A stretch of DNA of 64,000 nt from Sphyrna mokarran (lineage: Eukaryota), in the NCBI GenBank assembly GCA_024679065.1, contig JAGIQG010000009.1, positions 100,254,001 to 100,318,000 of the forward strand. Direction: 5' to 3'. The position numbers were made by a program, and so were the translations under genes. The notes beneath the pieces are model-generated. The model was given only the letters and a program-made list of their open reading frames with translations, did no database searches and was not told where the DNA came from. Positions 50,860 through 62,989 of this stretch are shown here, piece after piece (within the stretch, counting starts at the first letter, position 1; each line of letters starts with the position of its first letter).

Positions 50860-53620
50860 TATATAGAAAGATAGAGCATATAAAATAGCCGCAAGAAAAG
50901 GTTATTCATCCATCAGAGGCTGCACCAAAGATCATAATGACCCTGGCTAATTACGGAACTCTGCAACTTGCTCCCGCCTTCCCGTCCATATCCTTTGAGT
51001 TTTTATACATATTAGTTAAATTTAATTATTGGTTCAAAACAAGCAAATTCTTGGTCTCAATTGTGTTAGCGCAACCCATAGGCTTACCATTCCCTGCGTA
51101 AAGCATTTGTTCCCCCTCTCAACTGCAACCACCTTGCATGTCTTTCTACCAAAGTGACTAAACCACTCGTTTTTTTTTTTCTGCAAGCTACTATTTCTGC
51201 AACGCATTTTCTCACTCGCTCAAAGCATCCCAATCGCACTTAAAAAAATCTGCATCCTTCGGACTACTCACTCTCCTACTCCGCTTCGTGTCATCTGTCA
51301 ACCTGGAGATGCTACATTCATTCCTTCTTCGAAAGCATTACAACAAAATCATTTGACTTCGCTACAAGGCTACGATTGATCACTGTGTTGTCCCATTATT
51401 TTCTGTCTGCATTTTTAAAAGTGCCGTTCCCCATTTAAATTCAATAACCCTAATCTCATGAAGTTTAATTTTCCAAGCTAATTTCCAATGCTCATTTTCT
51501 TCTTTTCGAGATTCTTCCAAAATCTAAATTTCAACTCTACTCGTTAAGTGGTCGAAAAATTCTCGTGGAATCTCCTGCTAACTCTTTCCGATTGTCCCGT
51601 CATTTTCCAAGACTTCAACTTTGAAATACTTCGAATTTGACTCTAGCATTTTCACAACCAATCCCCACCAACCGACGCCAGGATGACTGGCCTTTCATTC
51701 CCCTTTCCCGCTCTAGCTGCGGTTCTAAACTGTTGATACAATAGCTGTTTTCAAATCCAAAAGAACTTGCAGAACAGATAGAACGTTTGGAAGATAAGCA
51801 CCAATGCATCCAACTTCTTGTTCAGTGCCCAGTCCTTGTGCATCTCTGGGATATAGATTACCAGATGGTGGGGATTTACTACCCTACAATTCCATTAATT
51901 TCCCCAAGGCGTTTTGTTTGTCTGAATGATTCTGATCTTCAGTGCTTCCATCTTACTAAACCATGCATTCCCCACATATCTGGTACATTGTTCTGTGCCC
52001 TCATGTTTGATGACAAACGAGTGTACGTACTAAGTTGGTTAGCCATTTCCCTGTTCAAACATTGCCACTTAATTTGCTTCTGGCTGTAAGGGAACTACAT
52101 TTCTTCACAAATCTTCTCTCTTCACTTATGTGTAGATGTGGTTGCAGTCAGTTTTTCATTACTAATCTTTGATTCCATGCAAGCATACTCTCATATGCAA
52201 AAAACCACCCCCACCCCCCCGCCTCAACATACGTATCCCGCTCCATCTCCTCCCTCCCCACCCCACATTCTTAATATCTCCATTTGTTATATTTTGCTGA
52301 ATTCTAAACAGGTCTTCGCTTGGTTCTGACCATATTGCACGATTCTTTTCGAGGCTTGTAATTAATACTGTCCCAAATTTCCCTCGTAATACATTGTTTG
52401 TCCATTTTTTTTTTCCTTTCGTTTTTTGAACCAGTCAAGAAACACCATATGTTGCAGTTTTTTTTTAATCAAGCAATAATTGAATGATTGCCATTGCCTA
52501 TCGAAAACGATTCCTTGAATGAACGTTCCCCTGCCTTTGGCAGACAACTCGGACCTCACAGCACTGTAATTTACATTGTTTAGATTTCGGATCCCTGTCT
52601 CGGAATCAATTACATTGCCTTTCGTCCTGATGACGAATTCTATCATATTATGTTTGCTTATCTCCAACGGATTTTGTTCAACGAGAATATCAATTGTGCC
52701 TACTTAATGTCCCAATGCACTGTCTAGAATGGTGTGCACTCTTATTGGTTCCTCCGTGTCCTGATTCAGAAAATCATCTAATACACACTCTAAGAAATCA
52801 TCTCCGCAGGTATTGTGACGATCTTGATTATTCCAGTCTATATTCAGATTGCAATCACCCATAATCACAGGTGTTTCTTTGTCGCATCCATCTGCAATTT
52901 CCCGTATAACATAATTCTCAATACCACCATTACGTTTTGGGTGTCGACATATGAAATCCGCTAAAGTATTTGGTGCTTAACTCAGCTCTACCAGCAAATT
53001 GCATACCAATGCTACTCATGCCTTCGCTACTTTTGTATTAATTATCTTTTTTTTCCAGCAATACAGCTCCACCATTTTTTAATATTCCCAGTGCTTCTTT
53101 AATGCGGTAATCTCTTGAGTGTCCATTTCCAGTCTGAGAATGGTCACCCCGTTGTCTCGTTCCTATAAAATTGATTGTATCATAAACTTTTTCTTATCAA
53201 TTGTGGATGAAATAAATGTACAATACTGCGAATATTCTGCATATGAAGAAGAAAAGTATCTTTAACCTTACCTGTCCCTTTCCTGATTTTTTTTTTTTGT
53301 CACGGTGAACCTAGTTAGCTCCTGGATCTTTATACGCCTGCCTATCTTTTTTTTTCACTCTTGTTTCTCGAATTTGCTCTCATCATTGCTTCCAAAATTC
53401 TCTAATTCCTTGTCGATGTTGCCTTCTCATTGCCTGTAATTTTACAGCCTCCAAAACAATTCTCTACCTTAATCCCCTGAGCACATCCGTCCCTGACCTT
53501 CAGTGGCGCAAGGCACACTTTATGCCCATGTCCTACCTCTTCGTATCCGGACCCAATCATGCGTAAGTGTGAAGTCTTCCACTTCTTCAGTATATTTCCA
53601 GACTTATTGATCTAGTTAGT
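50860..53620 (-). mobile_element. Ancient CR1, near full-length remnants (ORF1 esterase, endonuclease, RT, tail)
   Basis: Tail near 50870, reverse complement of RPVILASVG at 51662, KHNMIEF (ORF 52362..52667), VIMGDCNL.IDW near 52850, and esterase-like GRT.YK...L....GTDVL near 53500. May be more than one copy. Confidence 0.7.
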
Positions 53621-55029
53621 GTGTGTTTTCGGGAATTCTGGATTTCCAAAGTTTATAAGTAGTTGAAGTGATACGAGGAGGATTAATCAAGACGTCGAAT
53701 ATTTCGACGAACAAGATGAATATGATTTCATTATACACTAAGTTATAAATATGAAGCAATTACATCTCAATATATTTTAACATCGTCACAGCGCATTCCA
53801 CAGGTGTCTGCATTGAAACAAAAAGAAGAATGCAAATATGTACCAATCATTTGACTGAGTTGAGCAGCTGTAACGAGAAATTAAATTTATCAGTATATGG
53901 CACATAAGGTGCCATCTTACATGCAAGATGCGTGCTGCATCGACAGATAGAGATCAATTTAATAAATGATAATAGAGACGTTGTGTTGTAGCAAAGAACA
54001 AAATGTACCAATTGGGCAGGAGTGCCATTTTAGAAATGTTTATCTCACAAAGGTAAACCAAAGTAAACCATCCTACTCAACTGTTTGCCTCGCTGCACTA
54101 TTTTGAGCTAATTGGATCTCATAATACATATAGTTTGCAAATTATTTCCCGAAGTTCACAGTGAAAATGTACAATTTGTACATTATCTGACGATTTGCTG
54201 TTGGAATTTGTAGAACAAAGAACAAAGAAGAAGAGGTAAGTTTTATTTGTCAAGAAACAAATCAGCAAAGGTTAGATGCTCTTTGCATAGATTACTGTTT
54301 CCAAACAAGTAGAAGAGTAACTTATTTATATGTCAGCAATATTTGCTGAAAGTTTCAGAAGTTTTCTAAAAAAAACAACTGTGTGATTTTGTTGAGAATT
54401 AAAATAAATATGGCGAATATTTTTCTGATGAAAAAATATTGCATACATTCAAACAGAATGAAAAATCCATATTCCTGAACTGCTCCAAAAACGTCATCAG
54501 CGCATGGAATGGTCAAAAACATTTCAGGCGAACTGAGAGAATGCAGCGGTGGAGAAAACACGAAATGTCAACAAAAATGTGTGACAAGCAAAATATATGT
54601 CAAAATAGAGAATCTCACCAGCTTCGTTCAACTTTGTCTGTAGGGTCAGTATGTCTTGAAAACAAATTAATTGACACATTATAATGGGTGGTTTTTCTCT
54701 TTGAGACAGCTAACTCATAATTCAACGAAAATTACACGGCAGTGTTCAGTGGTCCTATGATACTTTAAACAATAACTTAATGGCTCCTCTATTGCGAAAT
54801 TGGGATTATCGCAAAGATCGCTTCTCAGTCTATCTTGACAGCTTTGCATGGCATATAACCATAAGGCATAATGCCCCATGACCATTGGGTTAGAATGGGA
54901 TTTAACAGCCAACATAAATGAAAACGATAACTTTGTATGGTCCTGAGAGTTAGCGATCATGAGTGCATAGGAAATTTTAGAATGGAAAATAAAATCTTCT
55001 CACTCAAATTCAACTAATTAATTATAGAC

Positions 55030-55370
55030 CTAGGCCAGTGAGACAGAAGAAACTTGAAGCACCTTGAAGTTTCCTGCAGGACTTCGTTAATCACTTTGAT
55101 GCAACCAACCATAAATGCCACCAACAAATGTAAGAAATCAAATTTTCCCGAGTTGACCACCGAACTCAAACTTCCCGAGAATGATCGGACCTGATCTGGC
55201 ACTGGCCATAATGCAACACCATTGAAACACATGCAACACGTCGCATCCTGTGCCTAAAGCAGGGCAAAACCCCGCCAGAACAGGCCCGGTATGACTGAGA
55301 TAACCTACTCCATGCTTCAAATGTGGCAAAAGGACAAAACTCGGAGCCAGCATCAGTCTTACCCAACACC
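55030..55370 (+). mobile_element. Probable RTE-clade LINE 3' fragment
   Basis: Frameshifted RP.RQKK..TLKVSL.DF, DR..W and PCFKCGK....A.ISL..H resemble the RTE C-terminus with its C2H2-like finger. Confidence 0.5.
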
Positions 55371-55404
55371 CCTCCTCCCTACCAACCCCAATTCTGAATA
55401 AGAA

Positions 55405-55720
55405 GATAACAACTAGAACCGAGGATAGGGCATTTGGCATCTTGAGTGTTTTCCGCCATTCAATAATATCATGCCTGAATTTTCATGGACCAAGCTTCTC
55501 TCACCCGCCCGCTCACAACATCCACTAATTCCTTTATTGTTCAAAGATCTCTCTAATTTTGCCTCAGAAATATTCAAAAAAATATTACCTCTACTGTTGA
55601 ACTCGGCAGGAGACACACAACCTACCTATTTCTTTCTTATCTAGCCCTTCAAAATGTTAATTTAATGCATAACATCTCCCCTCAAGCTTCTAAATTCCAT
55701 TGAGAATAATCCTAATTTAC
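55405..55720 (-). mobile_element. CR1 3' end
   Basis: ccgccattcaataatatcatgcctga...ctaattcctttattgttcaaagatctctctaa. Confidence 0.8.
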
Positions 55721-56044
55721 GCAGAGTACTGAGACACTTAAGGCTGACTAAACGTGTAGCCTGTTCCAACAACCCATTCACTCAGCTTTGAAACTTGTCT
55801 TCTCCCGTTCAATGATTCACTTAATGTGAGCTGCGTAATTGCTGATTGTGCAGTAAAATGCCAGTGTACCGCTTCTTTGCGTATTTACGTGTTTCACTGA
55901 GAGAGATTCTGAAATGTTTCACAACCTCTGTCTCTCTCAGCAATTGTGACAATTTTTAGGCATACAGAATCTCAGAATTCCAATCGAATGTCAGTTGCTA
56001 ACTAATGACAATTTGCTGCTCATTGTCACTCCAATGAAGTTACA

Positions 56045-56560
56045 AATCCATAAGTCGTTAGCAAAAAAAAGGGGTCATTCAACTGATTCTGCTCTGCCAT
56101 GAATGAAATCATGATTGATGTGAAATTCCTCGACAACATTTTCCACCTTTTCTCAAAACCATGATTTTGTATTGATGTAAACTCTGTATATCCCATTTTT
56201 CACCACACTTATTATCTCATCCACCATAACCTTTAATGGTAAGTAATTCCATCGATGCAGGATCTTGCGACAAGAAACTCCTTATTTGGCCGACTACCTA
56301 CCCTGAGATAATGCGTTCCGACCCTTGGGTAATGGAGAAATCAGTGATCAGCACCCTTCCTGTCAAGCCTCCAAGGAACTATATGCATATCAATAGAGTA
56401 ATCTCTCATTCTTTTGGACTTCAATTTTAAATCGTCCAAACTACTAAACGCGCTCTCAAAAGAAAATGCCTCCAGTCTAGGTATCAAGAAAGGGATTTGT
56501 TTTCTTTTGTACAGCCTTCAATACAACTATATGTATCCTTAGGAAAAGTTCACAAAACCA
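56045..56560 (-). mobile_element. Old CR1 3' fragment
   Basis: ctgctctgccatgaatgaaatcatgattgat tail, then cctgtcaagcctccaaggaact and gtatccttagga. Confidence 0.7.
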
Positions 56561-57399
56561 CGGGGATTAGTATGTTCCATATTGGCAGAAGTGAAAATTG
56601 CGTCCAGGCTGCACTGTATGCAATTTGTTCCTCACTATTGAGCTTTCCCAAAATGTGTGTTCAACAAAAATACATGTTACAATCCCAACAATACTGGCAA
56701 TGCAAATAATTTCTTTACTCAAAGAATGGAAAACGTTTGCAGTACCTATCATAAAGGGAAGCAGGATGGACAAAGCACGGTCTATCATTATTCTACAGTT
56801 TAATGTATTGACGAATAAGCAATGAACAAAAAAAAAACTTTGGAATAAGATTGCGTGCCCTCCAAAACTCAGCTGATCATGGTGACATCAGTAAACTAAA
56901 AAAAAAATCTGCCTTTATCTGAGCGTATATCTCTATTCTGTCACTTTTAATGTGCCCATCCAGATGCCTGTTTAATATGGCTAATATCTCTCCTTTCGTC
57001 ATCTGTGAGCTTTGCTGCGTGTGTACACATTTGCAGGTCAAATACCTGCATCTTTTAGGAGAAGGTGTCTCACTGAAAGGGAAGCAAATACACAAAGTGT
57101 TAATTTTGTTTCCGAAAATTGACATGTTTAAGAATTTGACGGAAAATCGCTTAAAAACGCATATAGCCGTTTGCATATTAAATTATAAGACAGAATTCAA
57201 TTATTCAAAAAAAGAAGCTAGTTTCTTCTTGCGAATATGACTATCTGCAATTCAACTTGTTTACCGTTCTAAAAAGCAAGCATTTCCATAGAAAGTCTAT
57301 ATCTTATCAAAATAACTACCATTCTGATCATGATTAGCTACGATTAATAATTCAAATTTTATCAGGGTGTATACAATTCTAATATTCATGATTCTCGGT

Positions 57400-59270
57400 T
57401 ATCTGAACAATTGAACTATTCACTGCTGGTCGTGTTGAATTAATTTTTGACATCCTGCATTACGTACGATTCTACCGAACTTTGCTTTATATCATCTCGG
57501 ATCCGAGTGTGGGAAAGGCAATATGCATAATTGTGCGCAGCCAATTCGTCCAATTGGTCGTTCACTCAAAATTAATTGATGTGATCAGCATTTTGCATCA
57601 CCAGCACTACAATTATTTGCACAGTTCACTTTTCGTATCATCCATTCATTAGAAAGATGTTGCAGATGTTCTTATTTGCACCCATGAACGAGTTCGAGCA
57701 CTCTTCTCTCATTGCATCCATTGATTTAAACAGTAACGGGTCTTCGCCTTTTTTTTGGTTGCTAGCTGTTCCTCGAAACCTGCAGTCTTAAAGCGGTGAC
57801 AAGCTTTATTTTCGTTTCTTTTGGTTCTCGGTTGCGACATTGGTTCTTCAGCGAACTAACTCTGCCATTAATTACGTAGCTTGTGACAATGTTCTTTGTT
57901 TTTGGCGCCGGTGCCATACTTAATTTGCCCATTGTACTTTTCACTTAAGTTGCATTTAGGCCTCTGTCAACTTGAGTGCCGAGAGTCATGTGGCGCTGCA
58001 TGTGGAATAAAGTGAGAGTAAAATTTATCAGTGTTTATTCCATGCGTAATTTAGTGTTGGCCATTTATTGACCATTTCAGCGGCGTTACCGTCCAATTTC
58101 AACTTGTGGACTTAGAAAGCGCTTTAACTTCGTGTCAACGGGCTCCAAAGATATTCAGCCTCGCTGGTCCCCTCCTTCCCCCAACCTTGCTTCTGTCCTA
58201 TCATCTTATCCCAGTCCCGAATATTTACCGAATATTCGAAGGAGCACCAATTAGCTAATTTGCAGCTAACAAAGGTTGGGGTATTTTTTTTCCGTCAACC
58301 ATTCAATTGATGGTGTAGGCGTCCCACGAAAATCGCTGAACCATTTAAACAAAATTTCCTAAAATAACCATTAAGTCGGTTGACTTGATATCTGAACCTG
58401 CGCTTTGCTATAGCTGTGTTATTTTTAACTATTTCAATGTATTTCAAACTTTGGTTGTTGACTGATATTTTTCAAGTAGTGTAGATCACGATTCAATTAA
58501 AAGTGCATAATTTTGCTTGGCAAACTGTGCCAATGTTCTCAATCTTCAAATAGAAATATGCAACAGTTAATATTATAACTTTCTGATGGGACTTACTTGT
58601 TCTTTGGAGAAGTGTTCTGCATTCATCTAAAAACGTTGTAAATACACAAAGAAAAATAAAAACGCAGAATTAATCGCATAATAATGTCATGGTGAAAATC
58701 TCGTGTATATCTTGTGGCGTCATTTAGTTTAATTGCATTCCATCTTTTCATCACCATTTGCGAGATTTGTAGTAATAAGGCTTGTAGCAATTTTCCGGAG
58801 ATCCATACGATATGCAATGCCAAATGTTCTTCGTGGTACATATCTTTTAAATTCATAATAAATTGAAATCTAATCAAAAATAAACGTTTTGAAATAGCAA
58901 TTTTTCCAAAATTAATGGTGCAACTCTATTGGCATTTAATTGGTATGTATTTCCTATTTTACGAAAAAAAGGCAGTTTAATTCGGAGTATCAACAACTTT
59001 GAGGAAATACGTTCAATTATTTGATTCCAGAAATGACAGTCATTAATGCAATCAAAAATCATCCCTCCATACGTTAAGTGAATGCGGTATTGTTTAATCC
59101 CGCCACAAGTCTGTTATTTGACAAACATTAGGAAGAGCCAAAGTCAAATTTAATTCCTCTTTAAATCACCTCACATATTTCAAATTATAAAAAGATGAGC
59201 AGGTGATTTAATGAAATCGACAACTGGCATTTTATATCTTTGATGGACCATTTGTTTATTTATGACTGAA
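57400..59270. promoter_or_regulatory. Repeat-free block, candidate conserved non-coding elements
   Basis: No TE recognised. Homeodomain, Sox, TCF and Fox-like motifs (aattagctaatt, aacaaag, ctttgat, tgtttattta). Inference only. Confidence 0.35.
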
Positions 59271-59766
59271 CATTTTTTTGAATGCTTAAGCCTTTTTCCT
59301 TTCAGCAAATTTAGAAAATAGGAAATTTTCCTACGTCCTTACTTCAAAGAACACTGCCGATTTGAAAAAGGTTTTTCGAAAGTATCAACATGCGGTGCAT
59401 GTGTTTTATGTGAGACAGACGGGCTTTGCAGCATAAGTCTCCAAGTCAGCATAAATTTCATGGGTATTATGAATACAGGTTATACATAATTCACTTTATA
59501 GATATACTTTTCGAAATGTTTGCACTATTTCGCCTGGTTATGCCCGGGTTGATCTTCCTGACATATTTCCAGCAAAAAGTACTTTACCTGCGTTATTTTA
59601 AGACCAGTATGGCTTAGTATATATTATTTAGGCAACTTATTCCATAACGCAGAGTACCAAAATTAAAATGTATGCTCACCGATGGTCGATACAGGCGCAG
59701 TTACTAAAACAAACAGAGAAAAAAAAACATTGCATATTTTCTAGAAGTTCATCAATGTTAAGATAT

Positions 59767-59802
59767 TTTTTTAAACCAAACACATTTTTTAAACCAAATA
59801 CA
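59767..59802. repeat. 18 bp tandem duplication
   Basis: ttttttaaaccaaa(c/t)aca x2. Confidence 0.85.
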
Positions 59803-62800
59803 TTAATTATAACTATTTTTGGAAATTTTCCACAAAACGCATAAAAATCTTTGCAATATCACATCTTCTTTTACGCATTGCCGACTAAACTTGCGCATTA
59901 AGCTTAGAAAAAAATGAACCAAGCCTATTAATGTTTCAGCTTTCCTAAGCTTTTCCCCATTTTAAAAATAGTTTATGCCTCCATTCCTCCTCCCAAACTG
60001 CATAACCTCACACTTTTCCCCATTGGGTAATCAAGTGGCTGATTAAATACACTCTTCTAACCCTGATACGTCTGGTTCTAAAGTTCCTGTATAACAAGAT
60101 ACCTAGGACTTTGATCTGCCAGTAGCTTCTTCGAAATAAAATAAGAATATTATCATACATGGTGCCATGTATGTATTTGTGAATACTGTGGGCGGAGAAG
60201 CACGAGGACTGGTTGATATGGGAATAATACTCGACCTATAAAATAAGGTGAAACTCAATGCATGAAACAACAGGAGTAGTGGTAAGGGGTCTTCTCAGTA
60301 GTTCTCCATGTCTTCATCCATGTGTTGCTCAACAAATGCCATGCAGCACTGGATTGCACACTTCGGGAAGAACATTTACAAAGTGGCCGAGGAGGCAAAG
60401 AATAGGTTTATAACATAAATAAATGAACCAAAGTAGAATTTCATGCAATATCGGGCGTTTTATCGCAACCAACGTAAGGCACTTTGGAACAAAACAATGC
60501 AGTATGCACCAAGGACCAATGCATCGACAAGCTTAAACAATTATGTGTTGTTGCAACTTGTGTACGGGATATTGTGTGCACTCCAAGACCCCTAAAAGAA
60601 CGCATACCAACTCCCAGTACTACTTCAGATAGGACCAAAACAATGATCAGTAGGAATGAACAACAGTCCCTCCCCCAACATGCCCACCACATGCCCCCTC
60701 CCCACCGAACCTCTCACCCCTCCCCTCCCCTCACCAGTCCGCCCATAGACCAGCCAGGTAAAGAACTGCAAGGATTGATACATAATACATATATTATTCA
60801 CCTTCCAGCAGCTCCATGTGTTTTTTTGTGTTTTGCACTACCAGCTCGATGATAAAGCGGAATATGAATATTTCAACCAGCCACGATATTTTACATGACG
60901 GAAATGGCTTGATGAGCAACAATTCCCCGTAAGTTGAATGTTTCTTTCTCTATTCACTCATTTTGCCAACGTAATATTCAGGAACCATATGGAGGGACAA
61001 AATCATCGATAAAATCATCAACTGGGGATGGTTGATGAGATGTACCAATATCATGTCTTGTTCGTGGGAAGCCTGATGCTGATACTTCAGTTCACTCGGC
61101 TCCGTGCTGTACTCCACACCAGAAGAATCGCATAGTGGGCAGAGTCAGGGATGCTAATGAAGAGCTGCCTCGTAATTAGACCCAATCAGACACCTTTAAG
61201 AGAACCAAAAGCAACTGAACATCGCCTGGGTTATGCAAAATGAGATTGAGTTTGTGACAGATTTTTTTTTCCTTGCTATATCTGTCAGGGGTTGCAGGAA
61301 CAAATTCTAGACATAAGCTTAAAATATATTTGATTGTTAATTCTAGATATTTTCCATTCAATTTCTCTCGTAGATTGATCTACCTACACATCTGGCGTAA
61401 GCATGGAAGCAACTTTGATATTCTTTGCATGCAAGCATAGTTATTAAATGGGCAACGGCGCCTTCTGTGACTCAGTCGATACAAATTGTGTATTTCTTCC
61501 ACGAATTGTGCTGAGCAATTCATTCAGGATTTTATCATGTAAAATATAACTGCGCTCGCATGTCGTATGTAGGAAAATAATTGGAATATCAAATGCAAGT
61601 CAACCTTCAAAATTTCGTTTCTGATTCTCAACGCCATTTTCACATAAGGCGGGGGTGGGGGGTGTTCAATCAGCTATTATTATTGTTATTTTAATCCAGC
61701 ATAAGTAACAAAGATTTGAAAATCCGCAATATTGTCTAAACCTTAATCAGTAGGATTTATTGCACTGGATGTTTTATTGGTTGATTGAAATTCTCACCCA
61801 AGAATTAATGTTTTCCTTAATTTACCATTACGAAGAGAAAATAAATGGAAGACACATGGCTTGTATAGGCAACTTCCGCTTGTGGCACACATTCATGACT
61901 GGGAGAAACGATCCTGTGTGCACTGCAAGAATGAACATTCCGGTGGTTTGCTCTTTATTTCTAGACAACTAAATGAGAACAGGAGGAAAGTTTTGCAGTT
62001 GTCCTTATGTTTATTTTTTAGATAGCATCTACCCGTGGGATGTTCACCAATAATTAAAATTAACATCGGGTAGCCAGCCAATAAAATTTCAGTTTTGGCA
62101 ACGTTTGAATCGATCCAAACGCAAAACTGTTGTGTAGTGAAAAAAACACATATTCACTCGAATGAAGTGAGAACAGATAATATTAAAATCTGACAAGTGC
62201 CCCGTTAGATTTTGGATGACTTGTACGTTTAAGTGCTGTGTGACTGATTATAGCTTAAATCAGCTCTACTTAAGAAGCGGAGTATTGGAAGCGAATTGAG
62301 GAAATCATAGCCGATACCATATTTTGAAAAAAGAACAACCAGAGTAAATTTAATTGTCTGCGAATTTGTAGCATGGTAAGAAATCATTTCAGTTTGGAAG
62401 ATTTTTTTTTGTTTTTTTATTTAATTTTTACGTTTCCAGAGAACGGACTTGTCCTGCCCCAGTTGTATGTGCTGCAAGGTCTCTTGGTTACGGGTGGATA
62501 AAGACTGGCAAATATATATTATTTAATAATGCGTTCCTCAGTGTGTACGTGTAGTTAGTAAAAGCTAAATTTCATTGTAAGAAGGACGAGAAATAAATGT
62601 GCTCGAGTAATTTATAATCGTTGATAATACATATTTTGCAAACAATACAATTTATAAGAATAAGTAATGGCAGGACAACAAAATTCTGTGGTTTGCACAT
62701 CGTGCTTTATATGGCAAGCTATGAATAGTTCCAATGCCGGGGGACATCATGTATGCAGGGAGTGTCTCGAGCTTTATCATCTGGAAATCTGATTTTGAGA

Positions 62801-62989
62801 ATTGCTGTGGTAGCTGGGGACATTAAAACGCATCCAAAAAGCAGAGTACATTTTGGATACTAGGCATAGCGAGGTAGTCACATCGTAAGCTAACACGTAA
62901 CAGGAAGGGAATGACTGATCAGTTGGAGGAGCAAAATTACACGGCAGACAATACAGTTTTCTTCTGTGGCTATTTCCTAGCGAAGTATA

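Noticed and set aside
54214-54235. 22 nt micro-exon (tag / gtaagt)
   Set aside because: Weak acceptor, length not divisible by 3, and agaacaaagaacaaag looks like a CR1 tail remnant.
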